Source: Candidatus Nanoarchaeia archaeon
Lineage (GTDB): Archaea; Nanobdellota; Nanobdellia; Woesearchaeales; JAQUVJ01
DNA length: 64,000 nt
Assembly: GCA_028693395.1 (NCBI GenBank)
Contig: JAQUVJ010000001.1
Location: 46,387 to 110,386 of the forward strand
Reading direction: 5' to 3'
Each line of letters begins with the position of its first letter. Within the stretch, counting starts at the first letter, position 1. The notes under the pieces are model-generated. The model searched no databases. It was not told the DNA's origin and worked only from the letters and a program-made list of their open reading frames with translations. Shown here in pieces: positions 11,026-21,794 of the stretch. Made by a program: the position numbers and the translations under genes.

Positions 11026-11802
11026 ATGAATTTTAAAAAATATAACGGATACTTTTTTTCAGGGATTAAAAAATCATTAGAATTTAAATCAGAATTTTAT
11101 TCAATAATATTATTTAATGCAATTAAATTTTTTATAATTTATCTTGTGTGGAAAATGATATTTCCTTTTTTAAATGACCCTTTATTAAATTTCAATGAAA
11201 TAATTATTTATTATTTACTGTTTATAGTAAAAGATTCAATCCCTATTTATAATATCTCAAATGGAATAATTGATGAAATAAAAAGTGGAGATATTTCCGT
11301 ATCACTCTCAAAACCAATAAGTTTTATAAAAAAAACAACTTTTAGTAATTTTGGTTTGTGTTTTTTTAACATAATTTTTTCATATTTAGTTTTCATTATA
11401 ATTTCTATTATTTTTAAATTTAATTTGAATTATTTTTATTTAATTATTTATATTATTCCATTTTTTGTTTTTGATTTCATATTGAATATTATTTATGGAT
11501 TACTTGCTTTTTGGTTTGTAGAACCTTGGGGAATTAGAAATTTTATAAGAGGAATATTCTCAATTTTTGATGGATCCTTACTTCCGCTTTTCTTATATCC
11601 TGAATTTTTTCAAAATATATCAAAATTAACACCTTTTTATCATGGTTTTTATAGTTTATCACTTGCAACAATTGGGAAATTAAATACAAAAGAAGTATTT
11701 TTTTCAATTTCAATTCTAATGATATGGTCATTAATTCTTTATTGTATTTTAAAAATTATGTATAAATTTGGAATAAAAAAAATAGAGGGATTTGGAGGAT
11801 GA
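11026..11802 (+). CDS. ABC-2 family transporter permease
   Basis: 258 aa polytopic membrane protein immediately downstream of the ABC ATPase. Confidence 0.5.
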   Translation: MNFKKYNGYFFSGIKKSLEFKSEFYSIILFNAIKFFIIYLVWKMIFPFLNDPLLNFNEIIIYYLLFIVKDSIPIYNISNGIIDEIKSGDISVSLSKPISFIKKTTFSNFGLCFFNIIFSYLVFIIISIIFKFNLNYFYLIIYIIPFFVFDFILNIIYGLLAFWFVEPWGIRNFIRGIFSIFDGSLLPLFLYPEFFQNISKLTPFYHGFYSLSLATIGKLNTKEVFFSISILMIWSLILYCILKIMYKFGIKKIEGFGG

Positions 11803-12581
11803 TAAAAAAATATTTAAATTTCTTTTGGGAAAATTTAAAAATTTCCTTTAAATCATTAGTAGAATACAAAGCATCATTTTTTGCTGGATTATTTACAGAA
11901 ATTTCTTTTTTGATATCAAAATTAATTATAATAATAATTATCCAAAATATTGGATTTTTACCAGATTGGGAAATAAAAGATTTTCTTTTATATATTGTTT
12001 TAATAACTTACTTTGATACTCTATCTGGACTTTTTTTATGGAAAGATGATTTAAAAACAATTCTTTTAGAAGGTGAATTTTCATCATATTATTTAAGACC
12101 TATAAATGCTTTTATTAATTATTCTTTAAGATTAAATAAATATTCTTTAGGGTTTTTATCATTAGATTTAACTCTTTTAATTTTTTTATTTATATATTAT
12201 AAAATAAATTTATTAAACATAATCATTATGTCTTTTTTTTCACTCTTCTTTTTATTTTTTATCATTTTATTTTATTTATTTATAGTTTCATTAGTTTTAA
12301 TTTCTTTTGGTTTTGAAAAAATAATTAATTTAACTAGATCTATTGATATAACCACTTATTCTTATCCTCCAATAATTTTTAAAAATACTTCATTAAAATA
12401 TATGTATATATTTACTATTAGTTTTTGGGTCTCATTTTATTCAATAGAAATATTAAAAGGAAATTTTAGTGTACTAAATCCATTTGTATTTTTATTTCTT
12501 ATTTTTGGAATAATTTTATTTTATTTTTTAAATATAATTATTTGGAAACATGCTATTAAAAAAAATGAAGGATACATTTAA
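11799..12581 (+). CDS. ABC-2 family transporter permease, second subunit
   Basis: 260 aa polytopic membrane protein. Its start overlaps the stop of the previous gene by 4 nt (ATGA), which indicates translational coupling. Confidence 0.5.
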   Translation: MIKKYLNFFWENLKISFKSLVEYKASFFAGLFTEISFLISKLIIIIIIQNIGFLPDWEIKDFLLYIVLITYFDTLSGLFLWKDDLKTILLEGEFSSYYLRPINAFINYSLRLNKYSLGFLSLDLTLLIFLFIYYKINLLNIIIMSFFSLFFLFFIILFYLFIVSLVLISFGFEKIINLTRSIDITTYSYPPIIFKNTSLKYMYIFTISFWVSFYSIEILKGNFSVLNPFVFLFLIFGIILFYFLNIIIWKHAIKKNEGYI

Positions 12582-12654
12582 AAAAAATCTTTATAAAATG
12601 TTAATACAAAGAAAATAAAAACAAATAAAAAATGAAAAACAAAAAATGAAAAAA

Positions 12655-12800
12655 AATAACAATAAAAATATAAAAACATAATAATAATAATAATAATAAT
12701 AATAAAATAATAATAATAATAATAATAACAATATAATAATAATAATAATAATAACAATAATATAATAATATAATAATAAATAGAATATATGAAAAACAAA
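12655..12800. repeat. (ATA/AAT)n microsatellite-like tract
   Basis: Long run of 'ataataataata...' trinucleotide repeats in the intergenic region. It produces only spurious poly-I/L/Y ORFs. Confidence 0.7.
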
Positions 12801-12911
12801 TAATAATTTTATCAATAATCAAAAAAACAATTTTAATTATATATCTTATTATATAAAAATAAAACAAAATTTAAATATGAATAAATCAAATAAAAAAACA
12901 AGTGTGATATT

Positions 12912-14948
12912 ATGACAGAAAAAGAAAAGAAAATTTCTAATGATAAAGATAAAAAAACTAAAGTTGAAAATATAAAAAATGAAAAAAATAATGTTGAAAA
13001 AAAAAACAAATCAACTAATATCAAAAAAAAAGATATAAAAATAACAACTAATGATAATAAAAATAACAAAAGTAAAAATATTAAAAATAAAAAAACTGAA
13101 AACAAAAAAACTGAAATTAAAAATACTAAAAATACTAAAATTAAAGATGATAAAAAAAATAAAAATGAAGATCCACAAAATTTACTTAATGAAAAATTAG
13201 AATCATTTTCAAAAAAAATTCAAAATAAATTAAAAGAACAAATCTTAGGAATTGCTGTCATTCCTCCTTTTGATCAAATGCCTGATGATTTAAAAGAATA
13301 TATTCTTTCAAAATCTCAAACTCCTAATTTTGAAAAAAAAGAAGAAGTTTTAAAATTCATGGAAAATAAAATTCAAGTTTTAATTACAATAGATGATTCA
13401 ATCACTGAATTAAAAAATAAAAAAGATAAGATAATAAATAATGAAGAAGCATTAAACTTTATTATATCATTAAAAGAAAATAAAGATTTTGAAAACATAA
13501 ATCCTATATTTACAACAAAATTAGAATGGTTAAATAATTCTTATATCGGAGATTCATTTATTACAAGATTAATATCATTTTCAAATTTTATTTATGAAAA
13601 AGGATTTTTCTATTCTGGTATAAAAATCGGTGAAGTCCATAAAACAATGGTTTTAAAAAAATTTGAAAAATATATTGTTTCATACGTAATCATGGGATCT
13701 TTTATGCAAGGAACTGCTACTGAAAAAAGTGATTTTGATGTTATGATTATTGTAGATGATACCGATGTTCAAAAAATGACTCGATATGAATTAAAAGATA
13801 AATTACTTAACATGATTTATTCAATTGCATTTCAAGCAGGAGAACTTACAGGAATTAAAAACAAATTACATCCTCAAGTTTACATATTAACAGATTTCTG
13901 GGACTCAATAAAAAATGCAAACCCTGTAATCTTTTCAATGTTAAGAGATGGAATTGCAATTTATGATAGAGGACTTTTTTTGCCATGGAAACAATTATTA
14001 AAAATGGGAAAAATAAAACCAACAAGAGAATCAATAAATATGTTTAAATCACATTCTCATGATTTAATAAATAGAGTTGAAACAAAACTTAGAGATTATG
14101 TTTTTGAAGACATATATTATGCAATCTTAAATCCAATGCAAGCAGCACTTATGAGTTATGGTATAAATCCAACAACTCCAAGAGAAACAATTTCATTTGC
14201 TAGAGAATTTCTTTTTAACAAAGAAAAAATATTAAATGAAGAAACTCTTAATTTTTTAGATGAAATCAATAAACTACATAAAAAAATTGAATATAAAGAA
14301 GTTTCAAAAATTAGTATTGATGAATTAAAAAAAATTATTGAAAGTTCTGAAAAATACTTAAAAGAAATGGATAAAGTATTCAAAACATTAGATAAAAATA
14401 AATTAAAAGAAGATTATTATTCCTTATTTGATAAATTAAATGAAACATTAAAAGAAGCTTTAGAATTTAGATCCATTTCAACAAAAGATTTGAAAAAAGA
14501 CTTTGAAGAATCTTATATAAAAGATGGAAGTATAAAAGTTTCACAAAAAAATACTTTAGATAAAATATATAATCTTGAAACAAAAGCAAAAAATAATACT
14601 TTAACTGATGTTGAATTAGAATTCGTAAAACAATCATCATCAACTATAATTAAAGAAATTACAAGTGCAATAGGAAATGAAAAAATAAAAATATATAACA
14701 AAAAATTAAGAACAGCATCAACAAGTAATGGACAAATTAATTTTTGTCAAATAAAAAATTACATTTATATAAAAGAAAAAGATAATATTTTAAAGATATC
14801 TTTAACAAAAGATAATAAATTATCAAAAGAAACAATCATAAAAATAAATGAATTTGAAAAAACTATTAAAGAAAATGAAACAAAACCAATAAAATTCGAA
14901 GTTTTAGTAGAAATTTCAAATAAATTTAAAAACTTCGAACTATTATAA
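12912..14948 (+). CDS. Large Pol-beta-superfamily nucleotidyltransferase with a Lys-rich N-terminal tail and a long helical C-terminal region
   Basis: 678 aa. Residues 1-95 are K/N-rich low complexity. The core carries the MNT/TUTase/CCA-type NTase signature GSFMQGTATEKSDFDVMIIVDD (GS...SDxD). About 370 aa of predicted helical, K/E-rich sequence follows. Confidence 0.5.
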   Translation: MTEKEKKISNDKDKKTKVENIKNEKNNVEKKNKSTNIKKKDIKITTNDNKNNKSKNIKNKKTENKKTEIKNTKNTKIKDDKKNKNEDPQNLLNEKLESFSKKIQNKLKEQILGIAVIPPFDQMPDDLKEYILSKSQTPNFEKKEEVLKFMENKIQVLITIDDSITELKNKKDKIINNEEALNFIISLKENKDFENINPIFTTKLEWLNNSYIGDSFITRLISFSNFIYEKGFFYSGIKIGEVHKTMVLKKFEKYIVSYVIMGSFMQGTATEKSDFDVMIIVDDTDVQKMTRYELKDKLLNMIYSIAFQAGELTGIKNKLHPQVYILTDFWDSIKNANPVIFSMLRDGIAIYDRGLFLPWKQLLKMGKIKPTRESINMFKSHSHDLINRVETKLRDYVFEDIYYAILNPMQAALMSYGINPTTPRETISFAREFLFNKEKILNEETLNFLDEINKLHKKIEYKEVSKISIDELKKIIESSEKYLKEMDKVFKTLDKNKLKEDYYSLFDKLNETLKEALEFRSISTKDLKKDFEESYIKDGSIKVSQKNTLDKIYNLETKAKNNTLTDVELEFVKQSSSTIIKEITSAIGNEKIKIYNKKLRTASTSNGQINFCQIKNYIYIKEKDNILKISLTKDNKLSKETIIKINEFEKTIKENETKPIKFEVLVEISNKFKNFELL

Positions 14949-14975
14949 ATCATATAAAATTATTATAAGATAAAA

Positions 14976-16190
14976 ATGGTAGCAAAAACAATTCCGGAAT
15001 CAAGAAATGCAGGAGCAGTTCTTGTAATATTTATTTTAGGATTAGTATTGATAATGTATATTTTATCAATTTCTCCTGAAGAAAGAGAAAATCTTTTAGA
15101 ACAAGATAGTATTAATTCTTATGATTTTAAAAAAGTAACTATGGGATACATATATCCTGATGATAGGACATACAAACATGAAATAGCACCTGTAAATATA
15201 ATAGTAAATAAAAATGATGAACAAATTTTTTCATATAAAAACCTAGAAATAAAACAAAGTATTTTTTATAAACAAGAATTTAATTTAAATACAACTTTAT
15301 TAAAAAATTTTGATTATTTAAATTTATTAATAAGTTTTAGCGAAAAAATTGGACCACAAGATGCTTATTTAATAGTTAATAATAAAGAAATCGAATTCCC
15401 AAACAATTTACCTGTTAAAAGTATTATTATTCCAAAAGAATATTACGAAGGAAACAATATTAATATAAAAATAAAATTTAAAAATGATTATTTGAATCTT
15501 TTTACAAAGAGATCATATAAAATAAATGAAGTTTCTTTAGTAGGAACTATTTTAGACAAAACAAGTAGTTCAACATCAAGAAGTTTTTCTCTAAGACCAC
15601 AAGAAGAACAATTTTTAGATACAAGTGTTGCAACATTTGTTGTTGCATGTAGTGAAGATTCTATTATAAACATAAAATTAAATGATTTTACTGTATTAAA
15701 TGAAGAAATTTCATGTAAAATGACAAGAAGTTGTAATACATATAATGGAAGTGAAACTTGTTTAGATTTACCTTTAGAAAAAGCATATAGTTTAGAATTA
15801 CCAAGACATGCTTTCAAATATAATCAAAATGAATTGATTTTTTCATTATTAAAAGGAAAAGCAAGTGTAAATAAATTTACTATATTAAATTCATTAAATT
15901 CAATTCCTATAAATACTTTTGAATTTTCAATATCAGATAGACTTCTTCCTAGTAATAATATAAATTCAAATTATAGTTTTTATCTTGAAGCTAAAATTCA
16001 AAATTATGAATCAAGAAGTAATAGTGATACTCAATTTGATTTGTATATTAATGGAAATAAAATGTTAGTTGAAACAACAACAGGTATTTTAATTCAAAAT
16101 ATAACTGAATATATTTCAAAAAACAATATCGTATGGATTGATAGTCCTGATACATTATATGTAGATTATATTAAAGCATATTTTGAATAA
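14976..16190 (+). CDS. Hypothetical secreted or surface protein with an N-terminal signal anchor
   Basis: 404 aa. N-terminal hydrophobic segment (AGAVLVIFILGLVLIMYILSI) after a short charged leader. The remainder looks beta-rich and carries several Cys. The start codon lies 28 nt after the upstream NTase gene. Confidence 0.45.
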   Translation: MVAKTIPESRNAGAVLVIFILGLVLIMYILSISPEERENLLEQDSINSYDFKKVTMGYIYPDDRTYKHEIAPVNIIVNKNDEQIFSYKNLEIKQSIFYKQEFNLNTTLLKNFDYLNLLISFSEKIGPQDAYLIVNNKEIEFPNNLPVKSIIIPKEYYEGNNINIKIKFKNDYLNLFTKRSYKINEVSLVGTILDKTSSSTSRSFSLRPQEEQFLDTSVATFVVACSEDSIINIKLNDFTVLNEEISCKMTRSCNTYNGSETCLDLPLEKAYSLELPRHAFKYNQNELIFSLLKGKASVNKFTILNSLNSIPINTFEFSISDRLLPSNNINSNYSFYLEAKIQNYESRSNSDTQFDLYINGNKMLVETTTGILIQNITEYISKNNIVWIDSPDTLYVDYIKAYFE

Positions 16191-16194
16191 TTTA

Positions 16195-16360
16195 TTTTTT
16201 GTTTCATGAAACTATACTTATTTTTTCTCTTTTTTATTTTTAAATTATATCCAATTAAAACAAATAATAAACAAAATCTTCTATGCTTTATGAAATGTTT
16301 TATAAAATGTTTCATGAAACATTAAAACTACTTTAAAAAATAAGATTGTTTCATATATAT
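16195..16360. repeat. Repeated palindromic motif TGTTTCATGAAACA in a convergent intergenic region
   Basis: GTTTCATGAAAC at 16201-16212. The perfect 18-bp palindrome AATGTTTCATGAAACATT lies at 16306-16323, with a partial third copy TGTTTCATA at 16347-16355. Confidence 0.6.
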
Positions 16361-16516
16361 TTCTTTAATATTTGTTACAAATAAAAAACAAAATATTAAT
16401 AAAAAATAAAACAAAAACATTATTAAATAAATAATTATAAAATAAACTGAAACATAATAAAATATAATAAGAATACAATAAAAACAATCAAACCAAAATA
16501 TTTATTAAAATATAAA

Positions 16517-17500
16517 TTACTTCCATGTTACATCAACATCATCAGTTCTTTCATATGGATCCATATATGCATGTTTTGCATCCATCTTAATACCTGATTT
16601 ATACATTTTATAACCTAAAATAGCAATCATTCCAGCATTATCCATTAAATATTGACCTTCTGGACAAAAATATTTTATATTTAAATCTTCACACAATTTT
16701 TTTGACATTTCTTGCAATCTTTTATTCATCGCAACACCGCCACCCAATACTAATTCTTTTATTCCAGTATGAGCAATTGCTCTTTCTGTGACTTCTAAAA
16801 GCATTGAATAAACAGTTTCTTGAATACTATAACAAATATCAGCTTTTGTTACACTTGGATCATTTAACAATCTCGTTCTTATATATGTTAAAATTCCTGA
16901 AAAAGAAACATCCATTCCTTTTACACTATATGGAAGTTTTATGAAATTTTGTGCTTTCAAAGATTCCTCATAAATTTTAGGACCTCCTGGAAATCCAAAT
17001 CCTAATAAATATCCTAAACTATCTAAAAAATTACCAATTCCTGTATCTAAGGTTTCACCAAAAACTCTATATCTTCCATTATTAAAAGCAATTATTTGAG
17101 TATTTGCACCCGATGCATACAATAAAAGTGGGTTCTCAAATTCTGAAAAGTATTTTCCAACTTCTAAATGAGCAATACAATGATTTACTGGAACTAATGG
17201 TACTTTAATCTTTTCAGATATAATCTTTGCAAACAATAATCCTATTCTTAAAGAATGACCAATACCTGGAGATGCTGAATAAGAAACGACATCTATATCT
17301 TTCAATTTTAATTCAGATTCTTTTAATGCTCTTTCTAATAACTCATAACACACTTCGATATGGTGATTCGCCATTTCTCTTGGAATTAATCCACCTTGCA
17401 ATGTTTTGTAGACATCTTTAATGTTAGATCTCACTTTTTTACCATCAAAAATAGCAATACCAAAAGTATGTGCTGTAGATTCAATTCCTAAAACAATCAT
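16517..17500 (-). CDS. kae1: tRNA N6-adenosine threonylcarbamoyltransferase Kae1/TsaD, not fused to a Bud32 kinase
   Basis: 327 aa. N-terminus MIVLGIESTAHTFGIAIFDG and the metal-binding His motif (HCIAHLE) typical of Kae1/TsaD. Confidence 0.85.
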   Translation of the reverse strand: MIVLGIESTAHTFGIAIFDGKKVRSNIKDVYKTLQGGLIPREMANHHIEVCYELLERALKESELKLKDIDVVSYSASPGIGHSLRIGLLFAKIISEKIKVPLVPVNHCIAHLEVGKYFSEFENPLLLYASGANTQIIAFNNGRYRVFGETLDTGIGNFLDSLGYLLGFGFPGGPKIYEESLKAQNFIKLPYSVKGMDVSFSGILTYIRTRLLNDPSVTKADICYSIQETVYSMLLEVTERAIAHTGIKELVLGGGVAMNKRLQEMSKKLCEDLNIKYFCPEGQYLMDNAGMIAILGYKMYKSGIKMDAKHAYMDPYERTDDVDVTWK

Positions 17501-17538
17501 ACCAAGTAAAAATACATATAATTTATAAATATTAACAT

Positions 17539-17874
17539 TTGTTTCTTTTTATGACACAAGAAAATAATAATTATAACAATAATAATAATGACAATAATAA
17601 ACTTTTATTAAAAAATAAAATTGCAGAAAAATTAGAAGAAATTTATGATCCTGAATTTCCTATGGATGTAATTAGTTTAGGATTAATTAGAGAAATTGAA
17701 ATTGATGATGATTTCAATGTAAAGATAATAATGACTTTAACAACTCCTCATTGTCCTTATGGACCGATGTTTATTGAACAAATAAAAGCTGAAATAGAAT
17801 TTTTAGAAGGAGTAAAGAAAATAGAAATCGAATTAACATTTGATCCTCCATGGTCTCCTGATATGATGAAATAA
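17539..17874 (+). CDS. DUF59/MIP18-family Fe-S cluster assembly protein (SufT-like)
   Basis: 111 aa. DPEFPMDVISLGLIREIEI...TLTTPHCPYGP matches the MIP18/DUF59 conserved core. Confidence 0.6.
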   Translation: MFLFMTQENNNYNNNNNDNNKLLLKNKIAEKLEEIYDPEFPMDVISLGLIREIEIDDDFNVKIIMTLTTPHCPYGPMFIEQIKAEIEFLEGVKKIEIELTFDPPWSPDMMK

Positions 17875-18108
17875 TTATTTCTTTCTATATCTTTCTTTTT
17901 ATCATTTTATATCTACTATTTTATTTATTTGGTTTTTAATATTTCTATTATATTTATTATGTTCTTTTTTTGTGTGTTTTTTTGTGTGTTTTTTGTATTT
18001 TTTTTATTTTTCTTGTTTATTTATTTTTAATAATTATATTTAATAATTATATTTGATAATTTATATTTATAATTTATATTTAATATCTCAACAAAATTAA
18101 TTAATTAG

Positions 18109-19359
<1,251 letters not shown>

Positions 19360-19379
19360 TTATAAAATTAATTATAAAA

Positions 19380-21545
19380 TTACATTCCCATTACACTTGA
19401 TGCTATATTTGAGAAAACTAAAGATAATATCAATCCTATTACGCAATACATAAGTGTTGCTTTTATTACACTTTTTGCTAAATATATTCTTCCTTCTACC
19501 TTATCTGAACCATCTTTTATTGAAGAATAAAGTACAGACAAAATAACTATAATTTCAACAACATAAACTCCAACAACTATTTGAAAAAAATAAGTCGGAA
19601 CTCCAACATCAAACATAGATGTCAAACCTCCAGCCATTCCATCAGTTCCCGCAAAATCATCCATGGTCTTAGTTAATGATAAAATTATCATTGATATCAT
19701 TGCAGTAATCGCAACAACAACAGATGTAATAACAGGTGCGACAAAACTAATCTGACTCTTTATGGTACTTAAAATATCACTCATTATATCCTTTAATCTT
19801 TCTTCTACTTCATGAATTCTTTTAAGATAATTCGATATATTAATCATAGCAAAAGATGAAGCAAGAGGACTTTTTTCAGACGTTTGAATTAAAATTTTCA
19901 TTGCTGTTTGTAAAATTGCAGAAGGATATCTATGAGCTGCACCATATTCTTCATCGAATATAGCATCTTTTAATCCCATTCCTAATTGATTAATGTTATA
20001 TGAAACATCTTTAAAAAATTCTCCACTAATTGTTCCATCGAGATTTTGGGCAATATTTTCAATCGCTAATTCTGTTGGTATTCCATCTCCAAGTCTATTT
20101 CCTAATTGATAAAGTGCAGAAGTAATATCACCATCAATTCCTTTACCTTTATCTTTTATTTTTTTTAAATTAATATTTTGTATATAATAATAAACTCCAA
20201 TTGCAACAGATATTCCTATTGGTATAAAATAACTTAAAAGTGTAGAAATCATACCAAATGGCCCTAAAAGAGTTCCTGATTTATCTCTTGCATAATCCAT
20301 CATCTTTAAACCTCCATAAGAAACTTCAAAAGATGGATTGATAGCATGAATAATTAAAGGTGAAAATCCTATTATAAAAAAGAAAATTAAAACAAAAATT
20401 GCTACTTTCATTGGAGTAATTTTTACAGTATTATTAGGATTTTTTTTGTCTTTTATTATTAATTTTCTTAAATCATCATATTTTGGATCATCAAAATCAG
20501 AAAAAGATCCTACAGCAATATTTCCTGTTGGTCTTGTAGATAAAATATCATAAACCAAATAAAAAATAATCAATGGTAAAATTACATCATAAAACGCAAA
20601 CAAATGATACCATCTAACTCCTCCCATAAAACTAACTGCTAAAGGTAGAATAATCATAGTAAGCATTGGTAGTATTACACCAAGCATCGTTACCATTGTT
20701 ATTGGAGAATGCAATTCTTGTGAATAATGTAGCATCTTTTCATAAGTTTCATTTAAGATTTGCTCTAAAGCTCTATCTAATAGATTTAATCTTCTTGTTT
20801 CATCTCCTTCATATAATGAACTTTCAATTAGATGAATACTTTCAATAAATTCTAAATTTGATTTTCTCCATTGTTCCAAATATTCATCAATTGCCACTTT
20901 TACTGATTGTTTTGCACCAGTTTCATAATTCCATACAATTCCCATTAAATCTAAAGAAATTGGTGGATCAATGTGATCTGCAGTAAACTTTAAAGCTAAT
21001 TCTAAATTAGAATTATGTCTCATATAAGTTGTTAAATAAAATACTGCCATTACCATTTGACTTGATGTTTTTATTTTCCATTGTTGAGCTAAATGTTTTG
21101 GGTATGTTGCTAATATAAAATAAACAAATCCACCAATAAGAAATGGAAGCATATACATTATTAAAGAACCCGTTGGAGCTACTAAAATTAATGATATAAA
21201 TCCTAATAAAATAGATGCAATAAAAGAAAAAGCAACAGTTGAACTTGGAGTTACATTTACTCTTGCAAATTTTAAATAATCTTCAATTTTTTCTTCTTTT
21301 TCTTTGGGTAAAGTTATATTAAACAACTTACCAGACCATTCACACCCTTTTATGTATAAATTTTGTTTTAAATTTGAAAATTGATTAATAAAACTTCTAT
21401 AATCATTAGTTATAACATCATTATAACCATCACTATCATTTGAATAATTAACTTTTGATCCACTATCTAATATATTAGAATTGTTTTCAAATTCTTTGTC
21501 TAATTTATTCGAATATTTTTGAATTATATCTTCGTAATTATCCAT
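19380..21545 (-). CDS. Polytopic membrane protein, possibly a type II secretion system F-domain (FlaJ/TadC-like) pilus/archaellum assembly platform
   Basis: 721 aa. Soluble N-terminal domain followed by two blocks of TM helices separated by a cytoplasmic domain, which resembles archaeal FlaJ/TadC. No adjacent secretion ATPase is seen. Confidence 0.35.
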   Translation of the reverse strand: MDNYEDIIQKYSNKLDKEFENNSNILDSGSKVNYSNDSDGYNDVITNDYRSFINQFSNLKQNLYIKGCEWSGKLFNITLPKEKEEKIEDYLKFARVNVTPSSTVAFSFIASILLGFISLILVAPTGSLIMYMLPFLIGGFVYFILATYPKHLAQQWKIKTSSQMVMAVFYLTTYMRHNSNLELALKFTADHIDPPISLDLMGIVWNYETGAKQSVKVAIDEYLEQWRKSNLEFIESIHLIESSLYEGDETRRLNLLDRALEQILNETYEKMLHYSQELHSPITMVTMLGVILPMLTMIILPLAVSFMGGVRWYHLFAFYDVILPLIIFYLVYDILSTRPTGNIAVGSFSDFDDPKYDDLRKLIIKDKKNPNNTVKITPMKVAIFVLIFFFIIGFSPLIIHAINPSFEVSYGGLKMMDYARDKSGTLLGPFGMISTLLSYFIPIGISVAIGVYYYIQNINLKKIKDKGKGIDGDITSALYQLGNRLGDGIPTELAIENIAQNLDGTISGEFFKDVSYNINQLGMGLKDAIFDEEYGAAHRYPSAILQTAMKILIQTSEKSPLASSFAMINISNYLKRIHEVEERLKDIMSDILSTIKSQISFVAPVITSVVVAITAMISMIILSLTKTMDDFAGTDGMAGGLTSMFDVGVPTYFFQIVVGVYVVEIIVILSVLYSSIKDGSDKVEGRIYLAKSVIKATLMYCVIGLILSLVFSNIASSVMGM

Positions 21546-21658
21546 TAATTAAAAATACAATTTACAGTATTTAAAAAGTTAGTTTTCACTAATTAATTAA
21601 TACAGAATACTTTTGGAATAATAAAATATAAAAAATAAGAAAACATTAAATAAAAAAA

Positions 21659-21744
21659 TGTGGGGGGGAGGATTCGAACCCCCGAACTCACTAAGAGACA
21701 GGATCTTAAGTCCTGCGCATTTGGCCAGGCTTTGCTACCCCCAC
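21659..21744 (-). tRNA. tRNA-Leu (anticodon UAA)
   Basis: Reverse complement folds as acceptor GTGGGGG/CCCCCAC, D-stem GCA/TGC, anticodon stem CAGGA/TCCTG and loop CTTAAGA (anticodon TAA). It has a long variable arm, T-loop TTCGAAT and discriminator A. No encoded CCA. Confidence 0.8.
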
Positions 21745-21794
21745 AATAATAATCTAATTCTTGGATTGATAAATGCTTTATAAATATTTTGTTT

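Noticed and set aside
12578-13105. Cluster of overlapping minus-strand ORFs (73-90 aa) rich in I/L/Y/F
   Set aside because: They lie in the (ATA)n microsatellite region and antisense to the 5' end of the 12912 gene. Their periodic composition comes from the repeat and shows no coding-like structure.
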